Origin: Octopus vulgaris
Lineage: Eukaryota
Reading direction: 5' to 3'
NCBI GenBank assembly: GCA_951406725.2
Contig: OX597817.1
Coordinates: 78,616,001 to 78,680,000, forward strand
Length of the DNA stretch: 64,000 nucleotides
In this document: positions 26,740 to 40,999 of the stretch, in pieces
Numbering within the stretch: the first letter of the stretch is position 1
Layout: each line of letters begins with the position of its first letter
Position numbers and translations under genes: made by a program
The notes under the pieces: generated by a model
The model's input: the letters and a program-made list of their open reading frames with translations, nothing else
Database searches by the model: none
Told to the model about the DNA's origin: nothing

Positions 26740-27340
26740 GGAAAAATAAATCAGAAGAAAAATTGATGTTTTCTTGTGTGTACAAAGATGATGCATCCTC
26801 TATCTCTAATAAAGAAAATAGCCACACTTTAGGTAGGCTACAGAATGAATGAATAGAAATATTAAGGTCTGTTGTTCTTAAAATTTCCATAGAAAATAAC
26901 TTAACAATAGTTTATTTTCTGAATGTCACATTAAATACAAGCCTAATTAAATCCTTAGAAAACCCAATGCAGACTTTAGTTGCATAAACATATTCTCATA
27001 CCATCCTCCTTTAGCTGTTAAAACCTAAGTAAGTAATGTCAATATAAAAACCTAATCTGGTTTATTGGCATATCAGAAGGGTCATTCAAAGGTCTTTTAC
27101 AAGTACATCTCTTCCTTCAGTAAGATTGAGAAATGAAATGTAGCAAAGCTGGTCATTGAAAGTGAAAACTATGAACCGACATCTGCAGGAGTATCATTGT
27201 GTAAATATATCAAGTGTAAATACATGCCATTACACAACAAAAAAGAGACTAATATGGGAGAAATAGGGATATATTTAGATGTAAAATTGAAAACTGGCAA
27301 TGATTGCAGACATGCCAATATGTAAGTCATATGAAACTGA
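26740..27340 (+). mobile_element. Heavily degenerate Penelope-like RT/GIY-YIG remnant
   Basis: Fragments VYKDDA, ISIENNLTIVYFLNVTLN, RKPN, YHPP and FIGISEGSFK in the expected order. Confidence 0.55.
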
Positions 27341-28702
27341 TTACAGCCACTCTAAATGAAACAGTGTTTTTGTATAGATCTAGGTGATGAGGACTTAAAT
27401 GCAGCCTTTTGAGTTAAGTTTAGGACAAAAATAAGTATTTCTTGTATGTATAAATATAAACAAACTAACATTTGTTTTATTAGAAGCATCAAATTGTATA
27501 TTGTACAATACAAACAAGGAGAAGATATTTTTTTGAATGCAGCATTGCCATTAGAACAGCAAAAATCTTTCTGCTGTTCTAACTGCAATCATGGGTTTGA
27601 AAAAATATTTTCTTGTTTGTATCATATTTATTTCTTGCTTTCTTCTAGTGTTTTTTGACCACTCTTTTGAGTTTTCTTCGTTCTTATTTTTCACTTATTT
27701 CCTCTCCAACCTAAAATTCTATTATCAAACACTATGCCATGCAGTTTCTCTATTATCAAAGATTATGCCATGTTGCAAAAACCAGATGAGGGTCATTATT
27801 TCATGCTTGAAACTCTCGACTCCTAGCATGAAACCACCTCCATCTTTACTACAGACCCGCTCAACTGAAGGGTATCTCAGTCCTGCAAACTGTATAGTGA
27901 CTTCATTACATTAATGCTGGTGCCATGGAAAAGCATCCAGCGCAGTCAGTATAGTAGCTGGCATAAGGAAGGGCATCCAGCAATAGAAACCATGACAAAG
28001 GATACACCGGTGTGTGATGTATTTCTCAGACCTATCTGGATCCTGGTAACTTATCCAATTAATACCAGAATGGAAGCTAGATATTAAAAAATGGTGGTGG
28101 TGGTGACGACAACGATAATAATGACAATGCTGGAGAGGATCTATCCAAATTGGATTTCTGCAACATTTATTCTTAATTCTTTATATATTTTTTGAATGTT
28201 TTAATTATAATTCAACAGATAAAGTTACACTAGGAGGTAAATCTTTCAGTGTTTGTCACAAGGACTTTATCAAATTTAAGGTTAAGTTGCGAAGCAAAAC
28301 GTTTTAACTCTTTAGCAGTCAGGTCATTCTGTCAAATGTCAAGCTTTTTCATTCACATTGCTTTTAATTAAGCATGTATTATCTCATAGCTTTGAAATTT
28401 TGAAGTGATTGTATATTTTTAAAATGACATTGAAGGGTATGTGTGATAGGTTGGATATGACTGGTTTCACAATATTCATAACGCAAACAGAAGTAGGGAC
28501 TACTTTCTTTTGTAGCCTAAGTTGTTCATACATTGAATGATGCAGACATACAAGCCAACTATGCTGGGTAAAAAATTAACTGAAAAACCCTGTATGCATA
28601 AGAGTGACTTTAAAACTTTTAGTAACCATTCATGCTCTCTTCCTGTAGATAAGTAGTATAAACATAGGAAAAATAGAACTCAAAACATGAGTATATATAT
28701 AC

Positions 28703-28815
28703 TTTTTATTAATATTTAACAGAAGCAACAGAGAGGGTCTCAAGGGCTGTGAGTTTCAGGCATTAGCACTTATCAAACTTGACTCATTGTTGCTTCTTCT
28801 AAATATCAATAAAAA
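28703..28815 (-). ncRNA. Degenerate U3-A8 hammerhead-like motif at the apex of a long hairpin
   Basis: Minus strand TTGATAA-GTGC-TAAT-GCCT-GAAAC inside inverted arms; a related copy at ~23220-23345 has lost the apex. Confidence 0.4.
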
Positions 28816-28845
28816 ATATATAGTATGTATGTAAAAATATACATA

Positions 28846-29271
28846 TATGAGGGGGTGCTGAAAAGTTTCTGGCTTTAGGGGTATTGGGAAAGGCCTGGTT
28901 ACAGGCCAAACCTTCTAAATTCTTTTACAAGGCTTAGAAAAAAATGAAGGACCACTGCAATAAGTGAATGAATCTGAGAGAGGAATATGTTGAATAAAAT
29001 CATTATTAACTGATCCTCTTATATTTTATTTTACCCAAAGCCAGGAACTTTTTAGCACCACTCGTGTAGTTCCTGGCTTTAAGGGTATTGCAAATGGCCT
29101 GGTTAGATGCCCAACCTTCTAAATTATTTTACAGGGCTTAGAAAAGCTGAAGGACCACTGCAATAAGTGCGTAAATCTGAGACAGGAATATGTTGAATAA
29201 AATCACAATTAACTGATCCTCTTATATTTTCTTTCACCCAAAGCCAGGAACTTTTCAGACCCCACCTCATA
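28846..29271 (+). mobile_element. Tandem mariner-derived MITEs
   Basis: TIR GAGGGGGTGCTGAAAAGTTTCTGGCTTT; internal remnant encodes CNKCVNLRQEYVE*, the mariner C-terminus. Confidence 0.8.
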
Positions 29272-29952
29272 TACATATCTAGTATATACATATGTATACC
29301 TAAATGTGTACACATTTACAAATGCACATGCATACACATACACACAAGTATACATATTCTATCCATGACAACCTGCTATTCTTTGATTCTTTGTAATTTT
29401 TCTAATTTTTGTGTTGCTTTTTCTGGTTTAATTGAAAATAAAATTTATTATCACTATCAATATTATTGTTCTTATTACTGTTTCTATTTTTCTTTTACAT
29501 TTATTTTTGGTGTTATCTTATTCCTGTTTTTTTTGTTTATTTGTTTGGTATTTTTTTTTGTTTCTTTCTTGCCTTTAGTCAGGATTTTTGCATCCCCCAT
29601 CTCATGTTGTGTCAAATATGTGTGGATCTATAATACACTGACAACATGTAACTATTACATATTGTTAACTATTTATTATACATGTTTGATTAAAGAAGCC
29701 AGACTGTTACAAGAATCATTCTAAGTCTATTTCAGCTATGATTATGATCTGAAATTCAATATCCTTGGGTTCAACTCAATTTTTATATCATTAATTCTAA
29801 CCATATATCTGTTTAATGAGATTTCATCTTTACCAATTGAAGCTACAATGGACTGCAGGCTAGTTGCTTCTAGAAATTAAACACAGCTTTCATATGTGTG
29901 TATGCATGCATGCATGTATGCATTGGCTGTATTGACACACATATATATATAC

Positions 29953-30004
<52 letters not shown>

Positions 30005-30007
30005 ATA

Positions 30008-30064
<57 letters not shown>

Positions 30065-30115
30065 GTATATATGTATATATATGTATATATATATGTATAT
30101 ATATGTATATATATG

Positions 30116-30175
<60 letters not shown>

Positions 30176-31109
30176 TAAAACTTCCACTCACTCTATTTCT
30201 TTCTTTCACTCTATAATGCAGTATTTCTATGTAGGCTACACCCAGGAATACCAGTTAAATTGCAAACGTTCATTCTTTCTTGTTTATGAAATCACGTCAC
30301 TAAGAATATTAAAGGTAATTGTTTTTCTACAAGATTATTCTCTTTTTTTTTGCTTATTTTTGGTTTTTTTTCTGTCTTTAAAATTTTCAAAATATAATTT
30401 TCAACTTTTATTTATTATTTTCACTCTTACATGAGTGGCCATAAAGAGGAGATGAGGGAGGAGGGGTCCTTACTTTTACAGTTTATTTTGGGGGTATTTA
30501 GCTTTCTTTGCATAATAGTTTTTAGTGACTGATTTCTTGTTTCCTTATTTATTTTTCATATTTTATTTACATTTAACTGTTTTTCTTATATTTATTTATT
30601 TATTTTTTTGTTATATAATTTCAGTATCAATAACCATAGCAATTTAAACTCTGATAACTTTGTTGTAAATTTAAGGTATTTTTTCTTGTTTGTTTTTTAT
30701 TTTTATTTTCCTGCTACCATTTTTGTTGTTAACGCTGTTATCAGTGTTCTGTTTTTGTATTTTATATTTTTTTACTATTTGTTTTCATTTATCTATATTT
30801 GTCTACTTACCTATTTATCTTTCTCTCTATCTATTTTTCTAGTAAGTTTTTTGACAGCAATTTGCTCATTAATTTGAATTTTACTGCATAACTCTTATGT
30901 AGATTTAAACAGTGATTTTAGTGTTAAAGTGCAGTCAGCTATTTAAAATTGGTTTATAATAAATACTGGCAGATGTGTAGAGGTTTAAAAAAGTGACTTT
31001 TTCTTTGCCTTGCCTCGGATCTTATGCAATACTACAGGTTCATCACACACACATATATATATACATCAGTGTGTATATAAATGTGTGTATGTGTGTGTGT
31101 GTATATAAA

Positions 31110-31710
31110 ACTTAGATATGTTTCGACCAAAGATTGGTCCAGACCATGTCTAACTTAATAGCACCACCTGATAGGATTATCTAAATCTTTTTTAAGCCAA
31201 GTTTTGTTTATGGTCCATTCAAGTAGTGAGTTCTTGATGAGTGAGTTGTATCCAGGTATGGGTGGGTTATCTGGTATTCCTAGAAGAAATCTGTCCAGAC
31301 CCTGTTTAAATGCGAAGGGATCCTTTTCCTTTCTAATCAGTTTTGGGACAATGTTAAACAGGGCACGGCTTGTTGAGGAAAAGAAATTATGTCACAGTGT
31401 ATCTATATGTTGTGATCTTGAATTAGGCAGGGGACGTATGGCCCGTGGTCCCAGCCTTGGATGAACTTTTAAACTAATGTTCAGGTCATTTGGGCAATGC
31501 TGGTGGTATATTCTCCACGTTGAACAAATGATGTACCACTCGTGTCAGCGCTAGAGAGAGTAGAGTTTCAAGATTTTAAGGTGGTCCCAGTAATAGAGAT
31601 CAGTCATGCCTTCAATTCATTTAGTGAGTGCCTTCTGGGGCAAGATATTTTGTTTTGTATGGGGAGACCACAAGGGGCAGCAGTATTCGAAGTGTGGCCG
31701 TACAAACATT
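31110..31710 (-). mobile_element. CR1-group LINE 3' end (ORF2 C-terminus and 3' stem-loop)
   Basis: VRPHFEYCCPLWSPH...LKILKLYSL*R*HEWYII...LFNIVPKLIR...FKQGLDRFLLGIPDNPPIPGY...NSL, with in-frame stops; 3' tail also at 20655-20712. Confidence 0.85.
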
Positions 31711-31721
31711 ATATATATATG

Positions 31722-31955
31722 TAATAATGAAGGGTACTATTTGCTGAAAATAGCAGTCGAAATGCATCTAAATCACAGTTTTCACTTGTACAAAAGGGCG
31801 AAATCAAGGGAACAAGCAGTAAAATTTTAAGACCTTGTACCATTTACTGCTCAGTCCCTCAATTTCGCCCTTGTGTACAAGTGAAAACAGGTCTTGAGTC
31901 GTTTTGACAGCTATTTTTAGCATACTGGTGCTACAAGTAGTACTCTTCATTATTA
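31722..31955. mobile_element. Palindromic MITE
   Basis: TAATAATGAAGGGTACTA / TAGTACTCTTCATTATTA termini and near-complete foldback. Confidence 0.8.
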
Positions 31956-33175
31956 ATTAATAAACTTGCCTGTAGAGTTCTTTTATGCATGATAGCCACT
32001 GATATTAAGGTCTATTTTTGACTGCATGTGTATCACCATCTTTGCCATTATACACAGTGAAGCTTTATTATAGTGGTGTATATTATTGACTACTATTTCC
32101 AGTAAATATTGGTACATTGTTGTACCACCATTCTATATATATATAGTTAATCCAAACATGAACAAAGGGAACAAATTCTGTCTGACCCATGCCATACAAG
32201 TATGAAATAGTATTTGAATAATGATGATGATCAGGATATATATGCTTACATTTGGTTTCTCACTAATAAGGGGTTTAGCCTTATGGCATATCTTCAGACC
32301 CCTAACCCTGCTGGCCTGAGACCTCTTCAAAATATGGAGAGAGGAAAGCCTCATTTTAAAGGTATGTATATATATACCAGGGGCATGCAGTTGAGGCATG
32401 CAAGTCATGCAATGCATGCCCGTTTAGTTTTTATATAACTCAAAAATTAATTTAAGAACATAATGTATTTATAACCACATTGAAAAGTTGTCCAAATCAT
32501 TGGAAATTGAGCTAAAATAGTTACTTTGTTTCGAAGGAAACCCATCCAGATTCGATACTTTGCTGTATTCCCATTCTACTTCCTGTAGACATGCTTAAAG
32601 AAAATCACACATGAAATATTTTGTCCTCCCCTTCTTATCTTTCAAGAACTATCATTTCTCTCCTGCCTATCTGTAAAGTCAAAGCCTGTAAGATTCTTTT
32701 TTATCTCAATAAAATAACTACAGAAGGCATTGTTTTGAGAAAAATGAATGTTACAGCTTTGGCTTTTCCTTCCTTTCCAATCAGGTCTCAACAATTCTTT
32801 GTAACTGATGTCGCTAACACAACAGACTAAATGGTTGAATGGGTTTGACTTTTTGACCCGTAAAAATTCTAACCAAAACATATCAACAGTCCCATAATTC
32901 TTAATTAGTCAGCTTAAATGCTGCTGTGACTTTGGAATATCTATTTACCTCTGTCGTAAGTTTTGAAATTATTATCATTAACCATCCACTGTACTGAACA
33001 AATTTTTAAAAATTCATAAATCAGAAATATAATATAGCTAATTAATCTTTCATTGATTTACTAAAATTATCTTTCCGTTTCGTTGAAACTGATTTGCAAT
33101 TCACATGCCCACTCACACACAGGTGCACTATTACTCTCATAAGATCTCTTTAGGATTTTCAAAATATTTGTCCAA

Positions 33176-35730
33176 ATGACTGAAATGTGTGTTATAGAAG
33201 AAATTTTGAAAAATAATTTTTCAAAAAAAGACTTTGAAGGGAAACAATTAATTATAAATGGTAGTTGACCAACACAGAAATTACCTGATTTGCGAAGCTA
33301 CGAGAAATTCATGAGACAATTTCAGGTTAATTTCTATGAAAAGAAAAAATGTCTAACTGGTAGTACTCCACATAATAAGTTATTCTGCTGGCCATGTGTA
33401 TTGTTTGGTCTAGAAAAACTGTTTGGAATGATAACAGTCATGATGATTTAAATAATTTATATATGGCTATGCTAAAACATGCATGTTCTGAAAGGCATAT
33501 AAAATTATTGATAGATCTTAATACATTCAGGAATGTTCACATAGACTTACAATTAGATGAATGTAAAAAACAGAGCATACAACATCATAATGAGAAAGTT
33601 AGACAAAACAGATTCATTCTTCAACAATTTCTTGATGTAGTTATATTTTTAGGTTGTCAGGGATTATCATTTCAGGGTCATTTTAAATCTGAAGAATCTA
33701 ATAATTGTGGAAATTATAAAGAACTCTTATATTTAATCAGTAAATATGATGAAAAATTGGCAAGCCATCTAGGTACAGCTTCTATCTTCTCCGGTCTCTC
33801 AACAAAATTCAAATGATTTGATTGATGCAATTCAAAAAGTTATATTGAATAAAATACAAAATTAACTTAATCAGGCTGAATCCGTCGCTACTCTCAATGA
33901 TGAAACATCAGATGTATCAGCATATTCACAACTGTCAACTGTTTTATGTTTATGCCACAAAATATTATGTTACAAAAGAACGATTTATTGGTTTTAATGA
34001 TGTTAGTGCAGATCGATCTGCAAATGTTTTATCTGAACATGTTTTTAAATGTATTGAAATGTAAAAATGTGAAAACAAATTGATTGCACAAACCTATGTT
34101 GTGCCACTACAATGGCAGGACAATTAAATGGGTTACAGTCAGAAGTAAGAAAGAAAATATGAATGTGTGATCTTTATTCATTGTTGTGATCATATCCTAA
34201 ATTTAGTTCTTTCACAATTATTTTCTGCTCTAAAAGAATGCAAGATATTTTTTCTACAATAAATGGATAGGTGCAGGAGTGGCTGCGTGGTAAGTAGCCT
34301 GTTTACCAACCACATGTTTCCAGGTTCAGTCTCACTGCATAGCAACTTGGGCAAGTGTCTTCTACTATAGCCTCGGGCCGACCAAAGCCTTGTGAGTGGA
34401 TTTGGTAGACAGAAATTGAAAGGAGCCCGTCGTATATATGTATATATATATATGTATGTATGTATATATATATATATATGTATGTATATGTTTGTGTGTC
34501 TGTGCTTGCCCCCTCCCCACTCAACATCACTTGACAACCAATGCTGGTGTATTTACGTCCCCGTCACTTAGTGACAAGAGAGACCGATAGAATAAGTACT
34601 AAGCTTACAAAGAATAAGTCCTGGGGTCAATTTGTTTGACTATAGGCGGTGCTCCAGCATGGCCACAGTCAAATGACTGAAACAAATAAAAGAATAAAAG
34701 AATTAAAAAAGGGTACCTTTTTTTATGAAATCAGCGAAAAGTGTTAATGCATTACATAACATTGTTCCAAAAATATTTCCGAAAGCAACAGTATCTAGAT
34801 GGAACTACTCCTCATGTCTTATTATTACCCCAAAAGAAAATTATAAGTTCATAATTAGCCCTTGTGAAGACATTGATGAAAATCCTGAAGCATGGGATGA
34901 TGCCACCATAAATTCAGCAATTGGATTCTTACATACTTTAAAAACTCCTGATTTCTTATTTTTATTAGAATTACTCAGTGACATGATTTCTTTTACTGAT
35001 GTCTTATTTAACATCCTCCTGAATAAAAGGCATCACATAATGTATTGTAAAGAGCAAATAGATAAAACTAGAATGGTACTCAAAAACAAACTCTTCAATG
35101 TTTTATGATATCTTAGGGAAAAATATGAAATCGATGCAGCAATCGGAATTCAGAGATCCAGGAATATATCTATTGATCCTCAACATTATAGAATGCCTTA
35201 TAACAAAATTATTGGCACAATGGTTGACCAAATAAAAGCACAATATTCATCCTTAGAAGAGTTTAAATTCACAGAACTTTTGAATTTCAGCAAAGTTGAT
35301 GACTAATGCAAACGATTTCCTGTGAATTTTTTAGATTCTTTAAAAAACACTTATGGCAGACTTTTTGATGGAATTCGATTACAAAGTGAGCTCAATGTGA
35401 TGTATTCAATAAAAGATTTTAAAAAGAGAAGTGTAAGTCATTTAATGAGTTATATTTACATCAGTGATCTTATGAAGCTATACCAGAGCTCTTCAGTCTT
35501 TGCAAGTTGATTTTGACAATTCCGTCTACAAATGCTTCTGTAGAGTGATCCTTTACTACATTGACTAGAATCAAAACGTACCAAAGAAATGCCTCAGGAG
35601 AAAAGAGACTGTCTCGGTTAGCACTAATGTCAATTGAAAAAGATTTATTACAACAATTGATAAGAGAGGATTTCTATGAAAATGTGATATTTGTCCAGAA
35701 AGATTGAAGAATTGAATTGATTTATAAATG
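33176..35730 (+). pseudogene. hAT transposase pseudogene
   Basis: Ordered motifs KLFCWPC (TTF-type Zn finger), LSFQGH..ESNNCGNYKELL, DETSDVS..SQLS, IAQTY, FIHCCDHILNLVL, SRW, LTIPSTNASVE*SF..L.RIKTY.RN (hATC dimerisation); many stops, frameshifts and a SINE insertion. Confidence 0.9.
34269..34710 (+). mobile_element. SINE family A, complete copy inserted in the hAT transposase
   Basis: Head, (TA) core and tail ending (AAAAGAAT)n; removing it rejoins the transposase as TINGI/GTFFMKSAK. Confidence 0.9.
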
Positions 35731-36171
35731 AGGTAAGTAAATAACATTTTCAAAAATTTTTAAAGAAATTTAAATGTATTAAAGGGCATTCTTTCGTTTT
35801 AGACTATAAAATTGTCAAAGGCAAATTACCTGCTTTATCAAGTCGCTCGTCAATTTCCGGAAACTAATTGACACTCACTCAAGCAGCCTGTTCTGATACT
35901 TACTGAACTCAGTAAATTGATAGACAATGATGCACACACACACATTGAAACATATCCACATAAATATAAACACACATACACATTGAAAGATGTGTGTGTT
36001 TGTGTTTATGTATAAAACATTTCATATAAATAATTTTCTTCTACATTCTTTCAAATTTTCTTTCATCATTAGTTAAATAATTTCAAAGTAATTTGGCTCA
36101 ACCAATAAGTATTTATTGCATGACCAAACTCAGAAGTCACTGCAAGCCACTGATATATATATATATATATG

Positions 36172-36218
<47 letters not shown>

Positions 36219-36280
36219 TTTGTAGAAATTCATAAATCTGGAGGGCAAACACACTCTAAGATGTAGAGCAGTTAATATTA

Positions 36281-36721
36281 CAGTGGAATAGGCTGGTTTA
36301 TGGGCTTACCCTTGATTTCTCACTAATATGCCTTATGGCATATCTTCAGACCCCAAACCCTGCTGGCCTGAGACCTCTTCAAAATATGGAGCAGGGAAAG
36401 CCTCATTTTAAAGGTAAAACCCTAGGTGATTATCTCCCTATAAGATTGGCCATCGATGATTGTCTCCATTCGGCCTTGGCTACTGGTATCTGGCTGTATC
36501 GCTGCCCTATGGATTCCAAAACGCCAGCGCGACCAAAGATTGATGAGCAATGGCAAAGAGAGATAATCATCTACTGTATTACCTTTAAAAGAAGGCTTTC
36601 ACTACTCCATATTTTGAAGGTCTCAGGCCAGCAGGATTTGGGGTCTGAAGATACACAGTAAGGCTAAACTCTTTATGAGTGAGAAACCCAGGGTAACTCC
36701 ATAAACCAGTCTACCCAACTG
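36281..36721. mobile_element. MITE with ~160-bp TIRs (CAGT...ACTG, TA flanks; Tc1/mariner-type ends)
   Basis: Long imperfect inverted arms; a partial left-arm copy lies at ~32250-32363. Confidence 0.8.
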
Positions 36722-36999
36722 TAATATATATATATATATATATATATAAATTTGTAGTGAAATATATGGATTCAGAGAATCATGTGGCAGCATTAATTTG
36801 TAAATCTACAATTGTACAGTATATGGATATTAATGCTGAGATGTAAAATTACTTATTATATTATAGAATGAAGTTATTATGTGAAAATAGCTGTAAAGCA
36901 GGTGTAAACTTAAGGATAACAAATGGCTAAATAAATGCATTTACCGCTCATAATTCCTGACTTTTAAGAGTTTGTGTGCATATATATATATGTGTGTGT

Positions 37000-37250
37000 G
37001 TGGATTAGTGGTTAGGGTGTCAGCACCATGACCGTAAGATTGTGGTTTCGATTCCTGGACCGGGTGACGCATTGTATTCTTGAGCAAAACACTTCATTTC
37101 ATGTTGCTCCAGTCCACTCAGCTGACAAAAATGAGTAATGCTGCAATGGACTGGCGTCCCGTCCAGCTGGGGAACACATGCACCATAGAAACTGGGAAAC
37201 CAGGCCCATGAGCCTGCCTAGGCGTTAAAAGGATGCATTTATTTATTATT
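37000..37250 (+). mobile_element. SINE family B
   Basis: Match to the other family B copies. Confidence 0.85.
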
Positions 37251-37668
37251 GATATATATATATATATATATATATAGTTTACTATTCCATGGTGATTAGA
37301 TCAACAAAAAGAATATTCCATATGGTGAGAGATAAATATTATCTAATAAACACAATATATGTTTTTAAAAACATATACTGTTGTTTTATTAGGGTGCAGG
37401 CATGGCTGTGTGGTAAGACGCTTGCTTTCCAACCACATGGTTCCAGGTTCAATCCTTCTGCATGCCACCTTCGGCAAGCATCTCCTACTATAGCCTTGGA
37501 CCGAGTGGATTTGGCAGATGGAAACTGAAAGAAGCCTGTAATATATATATAAATTACATCATATGTAATTTCTCACTGTGGCAGTGAGAAATCCTAATGA
37601 TGGATTTAAAAGTTTAGAGGAGTTCTGAAGAAATTCTAATAGAGGGTTATAACATCATATATGAAGCA

Positions 37669-37753
37669 ATTCAACAACCGTTTCTGTAGTTCATTAGTCA
37701 ACAAGATTTGAATATTTTAGTTTCACACTGACAATGTCCACTTCATCAGGAAT
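37669..37753 (-). ncRNA. Type I hammerhead ribozyme-like motif with extended stem II
   Basis: Minus strand ATTC-CTGATGA-AGTGG-[long paired insert]-CTACA-GAAAC-GGTT-GTT-GAAT; stem I ATTC/GAAT. Confidence 0.55.
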
Positions 37754-38000
37754 AAGGAAATAGATAATTAAGTTTGAAGAAATGTAAGACAATAGAAAAT
37801 TTTAGGTTGCATTATGTTAATTGTCGGCTATTCTATCAGATACTGACCACTTTTACATTATGTAATTGTTATTTCTATTCTAGATAATATATAGATATGT
37901 TCCTTGTCTTGCTGTAATTGGGTGTATATGTATTTATTATGTTGATGTAAATCATAGCTATAGAATGATTATCTAAATTTTGTCTCTTCTTAAACCAAGT

Positions 38001-38037
<37 letters not shown>

Positions 38038-39432
38038 CAGACAGAGAGAGAAAGAGAAAGTGTGTGACTGAAACACAAAAAATGAGAGGTAGACAGAAAA
38101 GTAGAATGGAGAAGTGGGTGGAAAATACTAAGAAATGGTGTTTCACAGAAGAAGAAAAATGGGAAAGGAATAGCCGAAATCATAACTTGCAGATAATATT
38201 GAAATTTCTATTTTAAGAAACATTAAATTTGAAAATAAGACTATAAACATTCACTCAACTCCAATCACACTCTTCAAAAATACTCCTTGGTTGTATGCTG
38301 CCATCCTCATCATTTACATACAGTCTCACACATACATACATTCATTCATACATACATACATACATACATACATACATACATACATACATACATACATACA
38401 TACATACATACATACATACATACATACATACATACATACATACATACTTATAAAACTGTTATAACTCAGTTGTCAAAATAAATAATGTTTTAATATATAA
38501 ACCAAAGTTATTAATAGCTATTTAAAAACCCTGCAAAAATCAATGACCAATGCATATGTTGTGCATACAAGTGTGTGTGTGTGTGTGCGCGCATGTGTAT
38601 GTGTGTCTGTGCATCTGTATGTGTCTGTGTGTATGTGTGTGTCTGCATTTTCTCATGTGCATACTCATACATCAATGTACCTATGAAAGTATATGTATAT
38701 ATATGATATTTATGTATATATATATATATATGCACATATATGTACATATATATATGATATTTATGTATATATATATGTACATATGTGTGTGTCTGTGTGT
38801 GTGTGTGTGTGTGCATATATAGATATATGTGTGTGTGTATATATATATATGTGTGTATATATATATGTATGTATGAATGTGTATGTATATATATATATAT
38901 ACACACACATACACATATATATACACACATGCACACTTAGTTATGTGTTTCATATATATATGAATATGTATTCATACATATATGAATCTATACTTATAAT
39001 ATGTATATATGTTTATATACATTCCCTATATATATATATGTGTGTGTGTGTATAAACATATGTATGATGCTTATACATTTGTGTATACATGTACAAAACT
39101 TAACTTTACACATGCACAAATACACATACATATATCAAGGCAGACACATATAATTGCACATATATAAAAGATATTAACAAAGGTAAAAAAAAATTGCGAA
39201 ACTTTTTAAAAAATAATCAATAAGGCTTAAATAATTTAACGAGTAAATAAGTAGTTTTGTAAAAGTTTCAGACTAATTTATTTGAAACATATATATCATC
39301 ATACTTTACCAAAAGTTTTACTAAAATACCATAAGCATATCAGTACTTTGGCTACTAATTGGTATGGTTACTTAACTAGTAATTTTTTTCTTAATCAATA
39401 TGAGCATAAATATTATTAGTATTATAAATATC

Positions 39433-39890
39433 ATTCTTCTTCTTCTTCTTCTTCTTCTTCTTCTTCTTCTTCTTCTTCTTCTTCTTCTTCTTCTTCTTCT
39501 TCTTCTTCTTCTTCTTCTTCTTCTTCTTCTTCTTCTTCTTCTTCTTCTTCTTCTTCTTCTTCTTCTTCTTCTTCATCATAATAATGATAATAATAATGAT
39601 AATAACAACAACAACAATAATAATAAAGTTGTAATAATAATCATATTATAATTGCCTATGTGTATCATACCTACTATTACTATTTATTATTATTATTATT
39701 ATTGTTATTATTATTATTATTATTGTTATTATTGTTATTATTATTATTGTTATTATTATTATTATTAATATTATTATCATCATTATTATTATTATTATTC
39801 AGAATTGCCGCTTCTGTGTTATTGTTGCTGCTGATGGTGTTGTTGTTGCTGTTGTTTTTGTTGTTGGTGGTGGTGGTGGTGTTGTTATTG
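39433..39890. repeat. (CTT)n, (TAA)n, (TTA/TTG)n microsatellites
   Basis: Directly visible. Confidence 0.95.
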
Positions 39891-40060
39891 GGCTATTACG
39901 TTAACAAGTGAAAATATATTGGCATGATGTCTTTTGGAACAGCAGGTTTTCTTTGAAGTTTCAGGACAAAGATGAAAGAAAGAAAAAAATAAGGATGCAA
40001 AGTGAAATTGAAAAACACAAAGGAAAAGGAGTCACAATATATACATATACATACATACAG

Positions 40061-40105
<45 letters not shown>

Positions 40106-40599
40106 CATATACTTAATTTTCAATTTACATATATGTGTGGATATGTATATACACATATATGTATGTATATATGTATATATATATGTATATATATATGAAT
40201 ATATATATACATATATATATGTGAATATATATATGAATATATGTGTATATATATATATATATACAATATACATACATACACATACACACACACTTGCATG
40301 CACACACACACTCACATATACATACATAAGTGTAAAAAAAAAAATCTGTTAACGAAACACGTCTCTGACAGAATTTGCTTTATTGGAAGGAAAACTTTTT
40401 ATAAATATTAAAGTGTTGAGAGTAAGGAAGTATAAAAGAGTTCAAGAAGTTCAGAAGCTTGCTTCAGATATTTTGTTGTGCTCCTAGATCACATTTAGCC
40501 TGTCTTTGGAAAATCTATGGAACTGCCGTTTACAGTGACATGGTTTAAGCAAGAGGATAGGAGAAATACCCGAAAGCTATTGACCATGTACCTTATTAT

Positions 40600-40966
40600 T
40601 TGTTATTATTTTACTTGTCTCAGTCATTAGACTGGGGCCATGCTGGAGCACTGACTTGAAGAAACTTTAGTCGAATGTATTCCCATCTGTACTTGTTTCT
40701 TAAAGCCTGGAACTTATTGTATTGGTCTCTTTTGTTAAACTGCCAAGTTACAAGAATGTAAATACACCACACTGGTTGTCAAACAGTGGATGGGGGACAA
40801 ACATAGAGACAGTGTCACACATCAGGGGAACATTCCTTGTGTTGCATGTCTTGTACTCTGTTTTTTCATTGTTTGAAAAAAAGTCCGTTTCCATGTTTTT
40901 GTTTTTATGGTTTTTGTTTCTCATTGTGTCCAACGTTTTTTTTTGGTGTCCTGTACCCATATATGC

Positions 40967-40999
<33 letters not shown>

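Larger units (their letters stand above)
32378..36152 (+). mobile_element. Full-length defective hAT DNA transposon (ZMYM1-like/Tip100-type)
   Basis: TIR CAGGGGCATGCAGT / ACTGCAAGCCACTG (12 of 14 match), 8-bp flanks ATATATAC / ATATATAT, internal transposase pseudogene. Confidence 0.9.

Noticed and set aside
31110-31155. Stem-loop followed by GAAAC at the LINE 3' end (also 20655-20700) as a ribozyme
   Set aside because: No CUGANGA-like box; better explained as the LINE 3' recognition stem-loop
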